From assembly GCA_965222115.1 (NCBI GenBank), contig CBDCTJ010000005.1:76444-140443 (forward strand): DNA of 64,000 bases, in the 5' to 3' direction. Of the stretch, positions 26,948 to 37,745 are shown piece by piece; the stretch's first letter is position 1; the number at the start of each line of letters is the position of its first letter. Made by a program: the position numbers and the translations under genes. The notes under the pieces are model-generated. The model was not told where the DNA came from. It saw only the letters and a program-made list of their open reading frames with translations, and ran no database searches. Source of the DNA: Planctomycetota bacterium (GTDB lineage: Bacteria > Planctomycetota > PLA2 > JAEUHO01).

Positions 26948-29900
26948 ATGAAGCAACTACTTCTACTCGTCACGTTGCTGGCGTTGGCCGCCGCGGCCTA
27001 CTTCGTTCTCAGTTCGGGCATGGGCGAATCCGACAGGGACGCGTCGTCTACAGCCACCGACGTAGATCCTTCGCACAGCAATGAGGCATTGACCGCCAGT
27101 GAACGCGACAAAGAAGCGTCGTCCATGACAGGACTGCACGTAGCCGATTCGGTTCGCCGCAAGCGCCCCGCCTCCAACTTTGAACCGGGCAACAGTGCCA
27201 TCGTCGGACGCGTAACGCTTGGCGGCGCACCGGTGGCGGCCGCGGTGGAGCTTAGGTTCGAGCGAGGCCTACAGGCCAGTCGTCCGGGCGAACCCACGCT
27301 CACCGGCTTCATCAAAATGATCGATCAGTTTCTTCAAGGCGGTCTCACGGCGGGGCCGGCACTGAAGTCAGCGACGGCAAACAAAGACGGCCAGTTTCAG
27401 TTCGATGGCCTCGGGCGTGGACACTACGAAGTTCGCGCCTTCGATGACCAAGGTCGCCTGCAGAACGAGCGCGTCGCCATCGAAGTTGAGGGCGTGAACG
27501 TACGAACGGACATTGCCCTGCCAAACGGTGAGCACGCTCTTCGCGGCAAGGCCATGTTCTCAGACAAGACGCCATTTCAAGGTTGGGTAACGGCAACGCA
27601 CAGCTCGGGTAACGAACGCATGTCGCCTTTCGGGATGATCGGCGGTCAATCGACGCGCGTCAAGAGTGATGGGTCGTTTGAGATCCCCGGCCTCGTCGAA
27701 GGTACGTACGGCATCACGCTCGTGCAGCCGCGCAAACTGCGTTTCACATCCATGGGACACCAGGTGCCTTCAGAATCCAATGTTGACGTCATCATTCCCT
27801 TCGGCGAAGAGAAGCTCACTGGCCAGGTTGTATCGTCGGTCGATCAAACGCCGATCGCCAGCGCCCATGTCTTGGTGGGCTCTATGAGTGAGCGCGGCTT
27901 CTTGGTGATGACAACCACAACGGATGGCGGCGGCCGGTTTCAAGCATCCTCCAGCGGCATCGATCGGGGAGGTCTCGTTGTCCGCGCAAAGGGCTTTGCG
28001 GCCAAGCAGGTCCAACTGCGCGGCATCGATCTGACCGAACCCATCACCATCGCTCTCGACCCCCATGGAAGCGTTTCTGGGCGAGTGATTGACGCGAGCG
28101 GAACCGGCATCGAAGGCGTCACAGTTACCCTCCATTCCCAAGGCCCGGATGGTCGAGAAACGATGAGCCAAGTGTCAGCGGTTAGTGGCGCTGACGGCGC
28201 GTACGCTATCGAGACTGTACCTGCGGGTCGCATATCCGCATCCGCCGCGGGTAACGGATATGTGAGCGAACTCGTAAGTGAGATTGCGTCCGGTCGCATG
28301 AAGGGCGAAGCGCTTGAAGCGAATGGCTCGTTGGAAATCGACGTAAAAGTCACGCGCGCAGCACGGGTAGAAGGAACGATAACATCAAGCGACGGGAAGC
28401 CCATCGCGGGCGCCAAGGTGTCGCTTGAAGAGAAAGAATCGCAGGCGTCGTTCATGCGCAGGTTCCTCATGTTGGGTAGCAATGAGGGCTCGACAGCCAC
28501 CGATGAGCAGGGGCGCTACGTCATTGAAAACTGTGTTCCCGGGGAAGGGCAGTTCATTCGCGTTGTCACCACCGACTATCCCGAGGCGAAGTCCGATCCC
28601 TTCAAACTCAAGGGAAGCGAAACGCGTCGCGTCGATCTTCGCATCGACGCAGGGCGCGACGTCACAATTCGAGTAACCGATGCCGAGTCCAATGCGCCGA
28701 TCCCCGCAGCCACGATCATGCTGCTCAACGCTAGCAATGACGCACGCAGCATTGCCATCATGATGGGTACGGCAAAGCCCATAACCGTGACTACGGACGA
28801 GTCCGGAGAGGCCGTGGTGAAGGCGCCGAGTGGACCGGCCAATGTCATGGTCAGCGCCTCGGACTACATCAACCCGGAAAAGCCCGTAACTCTCGAACCC
28901 GACGCCACGTCGGTCGCCGTGTCGCTAGTGAAAGGTATGGTGATCTCAGGTAGAGTTGAGACGATCGACGACGTTCCCATGTCTTCGATTCGTGTTTCGG
29001 TTGAACGTACGAGGAATCTCGCGGGCGGTCGTTGGTATCACGAGTCGACGAGTCCCGATACATCGGGCGCCTTCAAGATTAGCAAGGTGCCTGTGGGCCA
29101 GTTCAAAGCGTCGGCGCATGCAACGACCAAGACCTGGAAGTACGAGGCCTCGGCCGTCGTCGATGCAGGGGTCACAGATGTCGTGTTAACACTAAAGCGA
29201 GCAAGCAAGCGACGTGTGCTCACGATCAAGGTTATAGGGCCCGACGGCAAGCCGGTGAAATCAGGACAGGTCTCGTTGCAATGGGAACACGACGGCGGCA
29301 CGCACTCCACGAGCGGCCGCGTTTCTATGGGCAAGGGCACGTTTGAACTGAATGATCAAGACGCAAAGGGCGCATTGTACGTCCATGTGAAGTCACTTCC
29401 CCGTGGACTGGGTAGCGCGACCGTTGGACCTCTGGATGCGATACCATCCGACAACGAGATCATTGTCAATGTCCCTCGAGGACGTTCGATTTCGGGGCGC
29501 GTTGTCAGCGGCGGTAATGGCGTCCCTGGCGTTCAGATCTACGCCAAACTTCAAAGCGAGTCAATTAACACCTACCTCCGTCAATCCGAACGCGTAAACT
29601 CCGGCGCAGATGGATCGTTCTCCATCGATGGACTGGGGCCCGGCTCCTATGAGTTGTCAATTGATGACCATCGTTCGTGGATGGGCCCCGAAAAGAATCC
29701 CGTGGTGCGTGCGGGTGCCAACGGCGTCGTGATCAACGTCACGCAGCTCGAACGCGCCACAGTACGGGTCGTGGATACGTCGGGTCGTCCGGTGGTTAGT
29801 GCACGGATTCAGTGTTATCCAGCGGCCCAGCCTACCGGCAAACGTCGCGTTCACTATCCGAGTGCTCCGAAGTCTGACAGTGACGGCGTGAGCGACATCT

Positions 29901-30853
29901 CGGGACTCATGCCCGGCATGAAATACAACCTACAGGTGTCACCGCCAACGGATCAGATGGACACGTTCGGCACCGTGAGCAAGAAGAACTGGACGCCGGC
30001 CGACGAAACCATCATGCTTCCGCGCGGCTACGTGATCTCGGGCCGTGTACTGAATGCAAAGGGTGCACCCATTCGCGCGGGCATGATCTACATAAAGCCA
30101 GTCGATAGCAATGCGTGGAACGGAACACCAATGAAGGAAAACGGAGCCTTTGAACTCAAGGGACTCACAAAGGGCGAATACGTGATCAAGGCAGTACCGA
30201 CGGGGATGGATCACTTCATGCAGCCGCCCGATTCCGATGCGCCGGTACCGTTTCAAGACACGGTCAGCGCTGGAACCCACAACGTAGTGCTTCGAGGAGA
30301 TACCAAAGAATCCATCGACGTCACATTTGAAGGCCTCACCCCAAGCGCATCACCGAGCGACGTCCGCGTTCGGGGCATTCCCGTGATGATCCCTGGAGGA
30401 AGCCACCGGCACGTGTACATGATCGAAGAGCAGAATGGCACACGCAAGCAAGCCATGCTCAAAAACGGCAAGCTCATCGTGTATGGCATTGACGCAGCCA
30501 AGACGTACACCGTGGGCCTCTACCGTCTCCCGAAGGGAAAGTACTACCTTCGGAAGGGACTCAAGGCCGGCGACAACGTCACGCTTCAGCCTCAACAAGG
30601 CGTCACGCTTACGGGCGAGGTTGCCTTTCCACCGGGTGTGAGCCCTGCGCGGACGTACGTGCGGATTGAAGTTCCCGGCGGAACGCTGAGTGCAAACGTG
30701 CGGTCGAATGGCGAGATGTCAATCGAAGGTGTCCCCCCCGGTACATGGAAGGTGGCGGCTACCGCGCAAGTCGACAAACAAGCCTACCGCGGTACGGCCA
30801 ACGTAACACCGGGCACGCCCGCCACAATTACGCTGACGCGCGTCGATCAATAG
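26948..30853 (+). CDS. Membrane-anchored carboxypeptidase-regulatory-like (prealbumin-fold) repeat protein
   Basis: GGAGGA RBS then ATG 26948, N-terminal TM. Many GRV...G.P..GA.V / TD..G.F....L..G.Y repeats. Confidence 0.85.
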   Translation: MKQLLLLVTLLALAAAAYFVLSSGMGESDRDASSTATDVDPSHSNEALTASERDKEASSMTGLHVADSVRRKRPASNFEPGNSAIVGRVTLGGAPVAAAVELRFERGLQASRPGEPTLTGFIKMIDQFLQGGLTAGPALKSATANKDGQFQFDGLGRGHYEVRAFDDQGRLQNERVAIEVEGVNVRTDIALPNGEHALRGKAMFSDKTPFQGWVTATHSSGNERMSPFGMIGGQSTRVKSDGSFEIPGLVEGTYGITLVQPRKLRFTSMGHQVPSESNVDVIIPFGEEKLTGQVVSSVDQTPIASAHVLVGSMSERGFLVMTTTTDGGGRFQASSSGIDRGGLVVRAKGFAAKQVQLRGIDLTEPITIALDPHGSVSGRVIDASGTGIEGVTVTLHSQGPDGRETMSQVSAVSGADGAYAIETVPAGRISASAAGNGYVSELVSEIASGRMKGEALEANGSLEIDVKVTRAARVEGTITSSDGKPIAGAKVSLEEKESQASFMRRFLMLGSNEGSTATDEQGRYVIENCVPGEGQFIRVVTTDYPEAKSDPFKLKGSETRRVDLRIDAGRDVTIRVTDAESNAPIPAATIMLLNASNDARSIAIMMGTAKPITVTTDESGEAVVKAPSGPANVMVSASDYINPEKPVTLEPDATSVAVSLVKGMVISGRVETIDDVPMSSIRVSVERTRNLAGGRWYHESTSPDTSGAFKISKVPVGQFKASAHATTKTWKYEASAVVDAGVTDVVLTLKRASKRRVLTIKVIGPDGKPVKSGQVSLQWEHDGGTHSTSGRVSMGKGTFELNDQDAKGALYVHVKSLPRGLGSATVGPLDAIPSDNEIIVNVPRGRSISGRVVSGGNGVPGVQIYAKLQSESINTYLRQSERVNSGADGSFSIDGLGPGSYELSIDDHRSWMGPEKNPVVRAGANGVVINVTQLERATVRVVDTSGRPVVSARIQCYPAAQPTGKRRVHYPSAPKSDSDGVSDISGLMPGMKYNLQVSPPTDQMDTFGTVSKKNWTPADETIMLPRGYVISGRVLNAKGAPIRAGMIYIKPVDSNAWNGTPMKENGAFELKGLTKGEYVIKAVPTGMDHFMQPPDSDAPVPFQDTVSAGTHNVVLRGDTKESIDVTFEGLTPSASPSDVRVRGIPVMIPGGSHRHVYMIEEQNGTRKQAMLKNGKLIVYGIDAAKTYTVGLYRLPKGKYYLRKGLKAGDNVTLQPQQGVTLTGEVAFPPGVSPARTYVRIEVPGGTLSANVRSNGEMSIEGVPPGTWKVAATAQVDKQAYRGTANVTPGTPATITLTRVDQ

Positions 30854-30863
30854 ATTTCCTTCC

Positions 30864-32894
30864 GTGAGCCGCATCACGATCATGATGACCCTGCTCGCGC
30901 TGACGGGAACCATCATGCTGGCGCATGGATGGCTGTCTTCATTCGCTCAGCATAAACACACGAGCGAACCCTCTGCGGAACGGGTCGAGGCGGAGCGCGG
31001 CACGCGTTCGGGAGCCGTGGGCCTTACGCCAGGCGGATCTCCAAGATCACGCGGCGGTACCCGCCGTGAATCGAACGAAGAGGCCAGATTGAATGGCAAC
31101 GGTCCCGAGGTGAACCCAACTCGTCCGCAGTTCGACTCGGGCGACCTCATCACGGTACGTGTTGTGGATCGACACGGAGCCCCTGCAGCGATTCGAGAAA
31201 TGACGCTGGGGCTTGCAAGTCCGCTGGGCACCCGAATTGATTCATCGTCTCCAGCGCATGGCGGCGTGAGCCACTTTCCACTTGGTATCGGCGAGCACTT
31301 CGGTCCCGTGTATATCGTTGTCTCGCCATCCGATGCGACGCAGCCCGAGTACTTGTTCGGCCCTTTCCAATCGATACCCGAATCCAAGTCGTTCGCGCTG
31401 ACCATCGAAGTAGGCAAGCGCCTCTACACCATTGCGGGCCGCGTATCGGACGCTTCGGGCAACGCCGTTCCCGGTGAACTGGTCGTCGCATCGCCGTGGA
31501 ATCGCCGCGACCTCGGCTGTCACCGAGGTTACGGCCCGGAAGCGCGCACCGATAGCGATGGGCGATTTGTGATCGATCGCCTGCCAAAGGGTAGGTACCA
31601 CATCGCCGCGTGTCACTCGAAACTGCCCTCGAACTACTACGAAGCGAGCGTGCCCACGCCCGTCGAGGGTGGCGCCGACAACGTCGTGATTCTTGTGCAG
31701 CCGAAAGCGATCTTTGAAATCGTCGCGGAGAACCACGCGGGCGAACCGGTGCGAGGGTCTGTCTCGTTACGAAGTACGTGGACCGACGCCACGGGACGCA
31801 GCCACGGTCGCCGCACGCATGCGACGTTGAAACGGGGTAGGGCCCGCCTTCCTCACACGACAAGATCTACGCAAGCCGCACACCAACTCATCGTCACCCC
31901 TCTGGGTGCCACAAATCGAGAGTGTACGACGACCGTCCTCGATGACTGGACGCCCCAGAGCGAAACGATACGACTCACGCGAACATACCCCGTGCAGGGC
32001 AGTGTATTCACCGCAGACGGACGCCCGCTAAGAGGCGCTCAAGTGCGTGCAGGGTCGAAAAAGGCCATAACCGACAACCTAGGTGCGTTTTCCTTGGGTT
32101 ATGCGATCGCCGGAGAGATGACACTCGAGGTCGTACCGGAAGGCATGAATGTACCGGCATCCATCGGCGGCAATTGCAACGTCTCCGTATCCGTTCCGCT
32201 GGTCTCTGACTCACTTCGCCTATCGCTTGACCCTTTGTTACGGATTCAAGTTACGGTTGACGAGTGGTCACGACTCGTGCGGCAAGGCCCGGTATCCGAA
32301 AAGGATGAGCCCCACGATCTCTTGTTGATTGATGAATCAAGTAACGAAGTGGCAAGACTTCCTTTACTCAGCGCCACGGTTACGTTTCTTGGTGTACAAG
32401 ACGGCGCGTCCTATACAGTCGCGGGCTACGGACTTCCTGGCGAGCGGTACATCTTAAAACGTGGCATTCGAGCTGGCACCACGCTTCATGTAACACCGAA
32501 GCGCGGTGTAATGCTCTCGTGCAAGCCGGCCTATCCCGACGAGCTTGAGCATCGTGGGGGCACCCACGCGACGCTCGAACTGCCCGGTGACCGTTTCGGC
32601 AAAGCAGCGCACCAAGGTGCGGTCACCGTGTTTAGAGGCGTTCCGCCGGGCACGTGGAAGCTGAGTCTATCGGACGCCTTCATGCACTCGCTCGACTATG
32701 GGTTCATGGAAGGCGCGGCCCGTGCCAAGACGGAATCGCTAACGCTTGTGCCGATGGCGATCAAAGAGCCGACGGAAGCCCCGCCGTTGCTGTACGCATC
32801 CGAGCAACCCACGCCAAACGATGACGGTTTGCCGAACCGCGCTGCGTCTCCAACGATTCCAAATCCACCGGAAGCGCTTCCCGTACCGCGGTGA
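30864..32894 (+). CDS. Carboxypeptidase-regulatory-like domain protein, paralog of upstream gene
   Basis: N-terminal TM; IAGRVSDASGNAVPG..ARTDSDGRF motif. C-terminal blocks align with the upstream gene (WTP..ETI.L.R, YTV..Y.LP...Y.L..G..AG, GVPPGTWK). Confidence 0.8.
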   Translation: MSRITIMMTLLALTGTIMLAHGWLSSFAQHKHTSEPSAERVEAERGTRSGAVGLTPGGSPRSRGGTRRESNEEARLNGNGPEVNPTRPQFDSGDLITVRVVDRHGAPAAIREMTLGLASPLGTRIDSSSPAHGGVSHFPLGIGEHFGPVYIVVSPSDATQPEYLFGPFQSIPESKSFALTIEVGKRLYTIAGRVSDASGNAVPGELVVASPWNRRDLGCHRGYGPEARTDSDGRFVIDRLPKGRYHIAACHSKLPSNYYEASVPTPVEGGADNVVILVQPKAIFEIVAENHAGEPVRGSVSLRSTWTDATGRSHGRRTHATLKRGRARLPHTTRSTQAAHQLIVTPLGATNRECTTTVLDDWTPQSETIRLTRTYPVQGSVFTADGRPLRGAQVRAGSKKAITDNLGAFSLGYAIAGEMTLEVVPEGMNVPASIGGNCNVSVSVPLVSDSLRLSLDPLLRIQVTVDEWSRLVRQGPVSEKDEPHDLLLIDESSNEVARLPLLSATVTFLGVQDGASYTVAGYGLPGERYILKRGIRAGTTLHVTPKRGVMLSCKPAYPDELEHRGGTHATLELPGDRFGKAAHQGAVTVFRGVPPGTWKLSLSDAFMHSLDYGFMEGAARAKTESLTLVPMAIKEPTEAPPLLYASEQPTPNDDGLPNRAASPTIPNPPEALPVPR

Positions 32895-32971
32895 TCGCGC
32901 CTACGCGGATTTGCTGGGCGAGGCTCTGCGCCTTCCGTTAGCCACCGCCGGACCGTTCGTATCCTCTCAGT

Positions 32972-35900
32972 ATGAAACCCATCCAGATTCCCATCGCTAC
33001 CTTTGGCGTGCTCATCCTGCTTACCGGGAGCTTCTATCCGCAAGCCGTCCGCGCGAAGGAGCCTGCCACACAGACACGGGTAACAGCGCACCGAGTTTCT
33101 GCACGATTTGATCCGCCGCGCCATCGCATCATTGCCAGCGACACCCTGACGCTGGCATCTTCGCCGGCGGCCATGCGCGTTGCATTGGATCTCGCGCCCA
33201 CACTCAAACTTCGGAAGGTGACGCTCGGTGAAAGCGATGCGCCGCTGCCAGCGCGTGAGAAGGACGGCCAGTTTACGATCGACATACCGGCGGGGACGAC
33301 CTCAATTACGCTTTCGTACGACGGCGAGATCTTTGACGCCGTCAAACGTGAGGACGATCTTGCGTGGGTTGTGGGTGACGACACCAAGGGCGTCATTTCG
33401 GAAGAGGGCGTGTACTTGTCTGGTGCTTCGCGGTGGATTCCGCGGCTCGTGGATCAACGTGTGCCGACCACGTTTGAACTCGAAACGTGGATCCCGGCAC
33501 CATTCCTCGTGGTGACGCAGGGCGGTGTACCGAAGCGGTCAGAAATCAAGAGTGACAGCTTTGACGACGCGGGCAATGAACTCGTGCCAACGCCGGCCAA
33601 AGATAAGGCAAGCGCAACCGCTGCCACGTGGCATCACGCCATTCATCCCGCCGGCATCCCCACCGACAGTGTGGCTCTCAGTGCGGGCGACTACGAAGTC
33701 AATCATCGCGATGTAGAGGGCGTACGCCTGGCCACCTACTTCTTTCGACGCAAGGGTTCCGGCGGCGCCAAACGAAACGGCAATTCCAAGTCGGCCGGCA
33801 ACTCAGGTTATTCGTCGCTCTGGCTTGACAGCGCCGCCGAAACGGTGAAGCGCTACACGCCGATTCTGGGCAAGTACCCCCACCGCAAGTTCGATATTGT
33901 CGAGAACTTCTTTCAATCCGGCTACGGCATGCCGTCCTACACGTTGCTGGGCAACCGCGTCATCGCCTATGTGTCAATGAAGGCGCGTCGAAGCGGCGGG
34001 AAGATTCCCCCCGGTTACCTCGATCACGAGTACGTACACGGCTGGTTTGGCAACGGGTTGCTGGTGGACTATGCATCGGGCAACTGGTGTGAAGCGTTTA
34101 CGACCTACTACAGCAACTACTTGGCCCAAGAACTCGAGTCGACCGAGAAGGCTCGCGACTATCGTCGAGCCGTGCTTGAGAAATACACGCTGAGGATCAA
34201 TCCCGAGAAGGACTACCCTATCCGCAATTTCGTGACCAAGACGGAAGACTTCGACAACGACATTGGTTACGGCAAAGGCAGCATGTTTGTGCACCAACTT
34301 CGTCGGCATCTCGATCTCGAGGGCGAAGGAACCTTCTTCAAACGTATGCGCGCGTTTACGCAGTCGCGCATGGGCACCGTTGTGCGGTGGCCCGATCTCT
34401 TGGAAGCATTGTTAGGCAACGATCAGGACGCGTTTCTCCCCTATCTCGATCGGTCTGGCTTGCCTCAGTATCGAATTCGCGGTTCGCGCGCAACAAAGAA
34501 GGACAGCGGCTGGCAGTTGGTCGTTGACATCGAGCAAGTTCGACGAGAGGGCGAGATCACGTGGCCCGGAACGATTGACGTTCAAATCACCGGCAAAGAC
34601 GCAGGTGGCAAGACGCAGCAAGAGACGCGGACGGTCACCATGAAAGCCGGGCATGCACACGTCTCGTGGGATATGAAGCTGAAACCCACCCATGTGACGC
34701 TCGATCCGGATGCCCACGCGCTTCGTTCCATCAGCAAGCACGAACTGCCGGCATGTCTCAACGCGACCTTGGAATCGCCTGGGGATGGCATGGTCGTCGT
34801 GCGTGGACCCGATCAACTCTTCGGACGTCTTGCGCAACGCTTCGCCGAGCAAAAGGGCTTTCGCGTGGTCAAGGGCGACTTCGATGTGGAGCACCATCGG
34901 GGGCCCGTGGTTACGTTTTCGATTCAACCGGGCGCGGACCAAGTGGCGGGCGTGCGATTGCGCGAACCGCATCAGTCCATCCTGTTTAGCACGCGCACGG
35001 TGGACGGTCATCCACGAACACACTACGTGGCCACATCGCCGTCGGCAGCCGCGCGCGTGGGCTACGCGCCGTTTTATGGATGGGACACACGCATCGTATT
35101 TGAACGCGGGCGTCCCATCGATCGTTCGGTGGCACGCACGCCGTCAAGTGACACACACCAGCGACTGACGAGCCGCGCCGAGACGATTCGTGATGACATC
35201 CGCGCGCTCGCAGCGATGCCACGCGGTGCCCCGTGGCCCCCACAAGAAAAGGACGCCAAGCAGCCACTGCCAAATCGCGACGACGTTTACACGTTTATCA
35301 ACCGTCAACTCGCGCTGCCCTCGCCGCTTCCCGCAATCGACGACAACGGCCAAGATCCACATGCGTTTCGTGTATCCGTTCCGTGGATCGCCAATGCCAC
35401 GCTCTCCTACAAGAGCGACGCGAACGCCGGCCAGTTGATTGGTGATCCTTCGGTCTGTCGCCCCTTGAGCTTTTCGGCAGAAGCAGGTCGTGGTTCGTTT
35501 GATCCCGTCGGCGAGGCAAAGGGCAGTGTGCATCTCGTTTCGCTAGAAACGACATCGATTGACGCGCTATACAAATCTGCAGTGGAACGCGAACGAGCAG
35601 GTGCGAAGGCTGTGGTATTCGTCTTGGGCAGCAACGCCTGGAATGCCGTACGTCCTTGGCTTGATAGCGTGAGCAAACTTACGAGTGAGTCGGAGGCCGA
35701 GTTGGCCAAACCTGGCCGCAGCGGAAAGCCACGACCGCGACCCGACATCGGTTCGTGGATCCTTGGCAAGCGTGCACGCAGCAAACGTGTAGACGGAGCG
35801 CCTCTGTCGCTCAAGGCCTTGAAGATTCCGGTCGTCGCCATCAAAGCGAGTGCGATGCCCAACGAGCAGTCAAGCACAATCAATCTCTCGGTTCGCATGC

Positions 35901-36556
35901 AGCGCGAGGCCCTTGCGCTACGAAACATCGTGGGCGTTTGGGCGCGCAAGGGTCCGGTGAGCCCCAAGGCCAAGCCCCGGGCATGGGTTGTCATGGCCCA
36001 CTTCGATACTCCAGTCAAAGAAGGCGTGACCTACCCCGGTGCCGACGACAATGCGAGCGGTGTGGCGTGTGTCTTGGAACTTGCGCGCGCGCTCAAGGCC
36101 TACGATGCGTTTTATAACGACAAGGATGCGATCAATGTATCGCATGTGATCTTCGCCTTTCCCGACGGGGAAGAACGCGGGCTGCTTGGATCGCGGCACC
36201 TGGTGAAACACCTAACCGGACGCTTTCAAATTCAAGGCGTGATCAACGTAGACAGCGTGGGCCGCGCCACCAGCAAGTCGGTGCATGTCATTGGCGCGAG
36301 TGTCCACAAAGACCTCGGGCAACGCCTATCCACGGCACTCGAAGGTGCTTCGCTCAAGCTGGGTAAGAACATCGACCGCTTCGCGTTTCCTCACGGCAGC
36401 GACCACTGGCCATTTCATGAGGCCGGCATTCCCGCTGTCAGCCTGTGGGCTTCGGACTACCGAATCATGAACACGGCTGCGGACACACCCGAGAAGGTTG
36501 AGCCGGATGGCATTGCAAAGATCGTTGACGCGCTGCTGAAGGTGCTCAATCAGTAG
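32972..36556 (+). CDS. Exported bifunctional peptidase: M1-like aminopeptidase plus M28 domain
   Basis: Signal peptide. HEYVH...NWCEAFTTY gluzincin motif. M28 motifs AHFD, GADDNASG, GEERGLLGS, NVDSVG, SDHWPF. Confidence 0.85.
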   Translation: MKPIQIPIATFGVLILLTGSFYPQAVRAKEPATQTRVTAHRVSARFDPPRHRIIASDTLTLASSPAAMRVALDLAPTLKLRKVTLGESDAPLPAREKDGQFTIDIPAGTTSITLSYDGEIFDAVKREDDLAWVVGDDTKGVISEEGVYLSGASRWIPRLVDQRVPTTFELETWIPAPFLVVTQGGVPKRSEIKSDSFDDAGNELVPTPAKDKASATAATWHHAIHPAGIPTDSVALSAGDYEVNHRDVEGVRLATYFFRRKGSGGAKRNGNSKSAGNSGYSSLWLDSAAETVKRYTPILGKYPHRKFDIVENFFQSGYGMPSYTLLGNRVIAYVSMKARRSGGKIPPGYLDHEYVHGWFGNGLLVDYASGNWCEAFTTYYSNYLAQELESTEKARDYRRAVLEKYTLRINPEKDYPIRNFVTKTEDFDNDIGYGKGSMFVHQLRRHLDLEGEGTFFKRMRAFTQSRMGTVVRWPDLLEALLGNDQDAFLPYLDRSGLPQYRIRGSRATKKDSGWQLVVDIEQVRREGEITWPGTIDVQITGKDAGGKTQQETRTVTMKAGHAHVSWDMKLKPTHVTLDPDAHALRSISKHELPACLNATLESPGDGMVVVRGPDQLFGRLAQRFAEQKGFRVVKGDFDVEHHRGPVVTFSIQPGADQVAGVRLREPHQSILFSTRTVDGHPRTHYVATSPSAAARVGYAPFYGWDTRIVFERGRPIDRSVARTPSSDTHQRLTSRAETIRDDIRALAAMPRGAPWPPQEKDAKQPLPNRDDVYTFINRQLALPSPLPAIDDNGQDPHAFRVSVPWIANATLSYKSDANAGQLIGDPSVCRPLSFSAEAGRGSFDPVGEAKGSVHLVSLETTSIDALYKSAVERERAGAKAVVFVLGSNAWNAVRPWLDSVSKLTSESEAELAKPGRSGKPRPRPDIGSWILGKRARSKRVDGAPLSLKALKIPVVAIKASAMPNEQSSTINLSVRMQREALALRNIVGVWARKGPVSPKAKPRAWVVMAHFDTPVKEGVTYPGADDNASGVACVLELARALKAYDAFYNDKDAINVSHVIFAFPDGEERGLLGSRHLVKHLTGRFQIQGVINVDSVGRATSKSVHVIGASVHKDLGQRLSTALEGASLKLGKNIDRFAFPHGSDHWPFHEAGIPAVSLWASDYRIMNTAADTPEKVEPDGIAKIVDALLKVLNQ

Positions 36557-36632
36557 CAGCGTGCATCTAGCCGTCGGCGGCGAGGCGGTTGGTATAGTCA
36601 CCCCTGCCAGCAAGCGGTTTACGGAGTGGTCC

Positions 36633-37745
36633 ATGTCGATTGTCAAACCCCGGCGCAAGACGCGCAGTGTGCGTGTGGGCTCACTGCAGATGGGCTCCGA
36701 GCACCCGATCGTGGTGCAGACCATGACCAAGGGCGACACGGCCGACGTCCACGCCACGTTTGACGAGATCATTGGGCTGGAAGCCACGGGCTGTGAAATG
36801 GTGCGCGTAAGCGTGCCGAGCATGAAACAGGCCCAGGCCCTCGGCGAAATCAAGAAAATGATCAGCATCCCGCTGGTGGCCGACATTCATTTCAGTGCAC
36901 CGCTTGCACTGGAGGCCATTCGCCAGGGCGTGGACAAGGTGCGCATCAATCCAGGCAATATTGGCCGGCCCGACGAAGTGGAAAACGTTGTACGCGCCGC
37001 CAAGGAACGCGGCGTGGCGATGCGTATCGGCGTGAACTCGGGGTCGATCCGCGATCGCAAGGGGCTCAGTGTTGTTCAGAGCGAAGACGATTTGATTGAA
37101 CTCAGCATCCGTGAAGCCCTGCGCCATATCGAGATCCTAGAAGCGCTCGATTTCTATGACACGGTCATATCCATCAAGGCACACACGGTGGGCTTAACGG
37201 TGGAAGCCAATCGACGACTTGCCGAAGTGTGTGACTATCCGATTCACTTGGGCGTCACGCATGCGGGCAGTTTGTTGCCCGCCACCGTGAAGTCGAGTGC
37301 AGCACTTGGCATGCTTTTGGCCGACGGCATTGGCGACACGATTCGCCTGTCGATCACGGGCGACAATCGCGATGAGGTCAAGGTTGGACACATGTTGTTG
37401 CAGAGCCTGGGCTTACGCGAAAAGACGTTCGATCTCTATGCCTGCCCTAGCTGCGGTCGCGCCGAAGTCGATCTCATTGGGCTCACCGAGAAGGTGGAAG
37501 AAGCCACCAAGGGTCTTACTTATCCCTGTCGCGTTGCGGTCATGGGCTGCATAGTAAATGGTCCGGGTGAAGCGGCAGATGCCGACGTGTCGGTGAGCGC
37601 GGGTCGTGGCTTTGGCTTTATCTACCGCGGCGCCACTATGATTCGCAAAGTCGACGAGAAGGATCTCGTCAATGAACTCCGCGCCGAAATCGATCGCTGG
37701 ATCGCCGAACACAAAGCCGGCGAGGCAGTAAGCGGAGGCGTATGA
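36633..37745 (+). CDS. ispG: (E)-4-hydroxy-3-methylbut-2-enyl-diphosphate synthase
   Basis: PIVVQTM, PLVADIHF, RINPGNIG, RIGVNSGS, GIGDTIR, CPSCGR, MGCIVNGPGEA. Confidence 0.97.
   Translation: MSIVKPRRKTRSVRVGSLQMGSEHPIVVQTMTKGDTADVHATFDEIIGLEATGCEMVRVSVPSMKQAQALGEIKKMISIPLVADIHFSAPLALEAIRQGVDKVRINPGNIGRPDEVENVVRAAKERGVAMRIGVNSGSIRDRKGLSVVQSEDDLIELSIREALRHIEILEALDFYDTVISIKAHTVGLTVEANRRLAEVCDYPIHLGVTHAGSLLPATVKSSAALGMLLADGIGDTIRLSITGDNRDEVKVGHMLLQSLGLREKTFDLYACPSCGRAEVDLIGLTEKVEEATKGLTYPCRVAVMGCIVNGPGEAADADVSVSAGRGFGFIYRGATMIRKVDEKDLVNELRAEIDRWIAEHKAGEAVSGGV

Noticed and set aside
32892-32972. Other TGA stops as possible read-through sites (32892-32894; also 52991-52993)
   Set aside because: The downstream genes are in different frames and there is no Cys/Sec motif.
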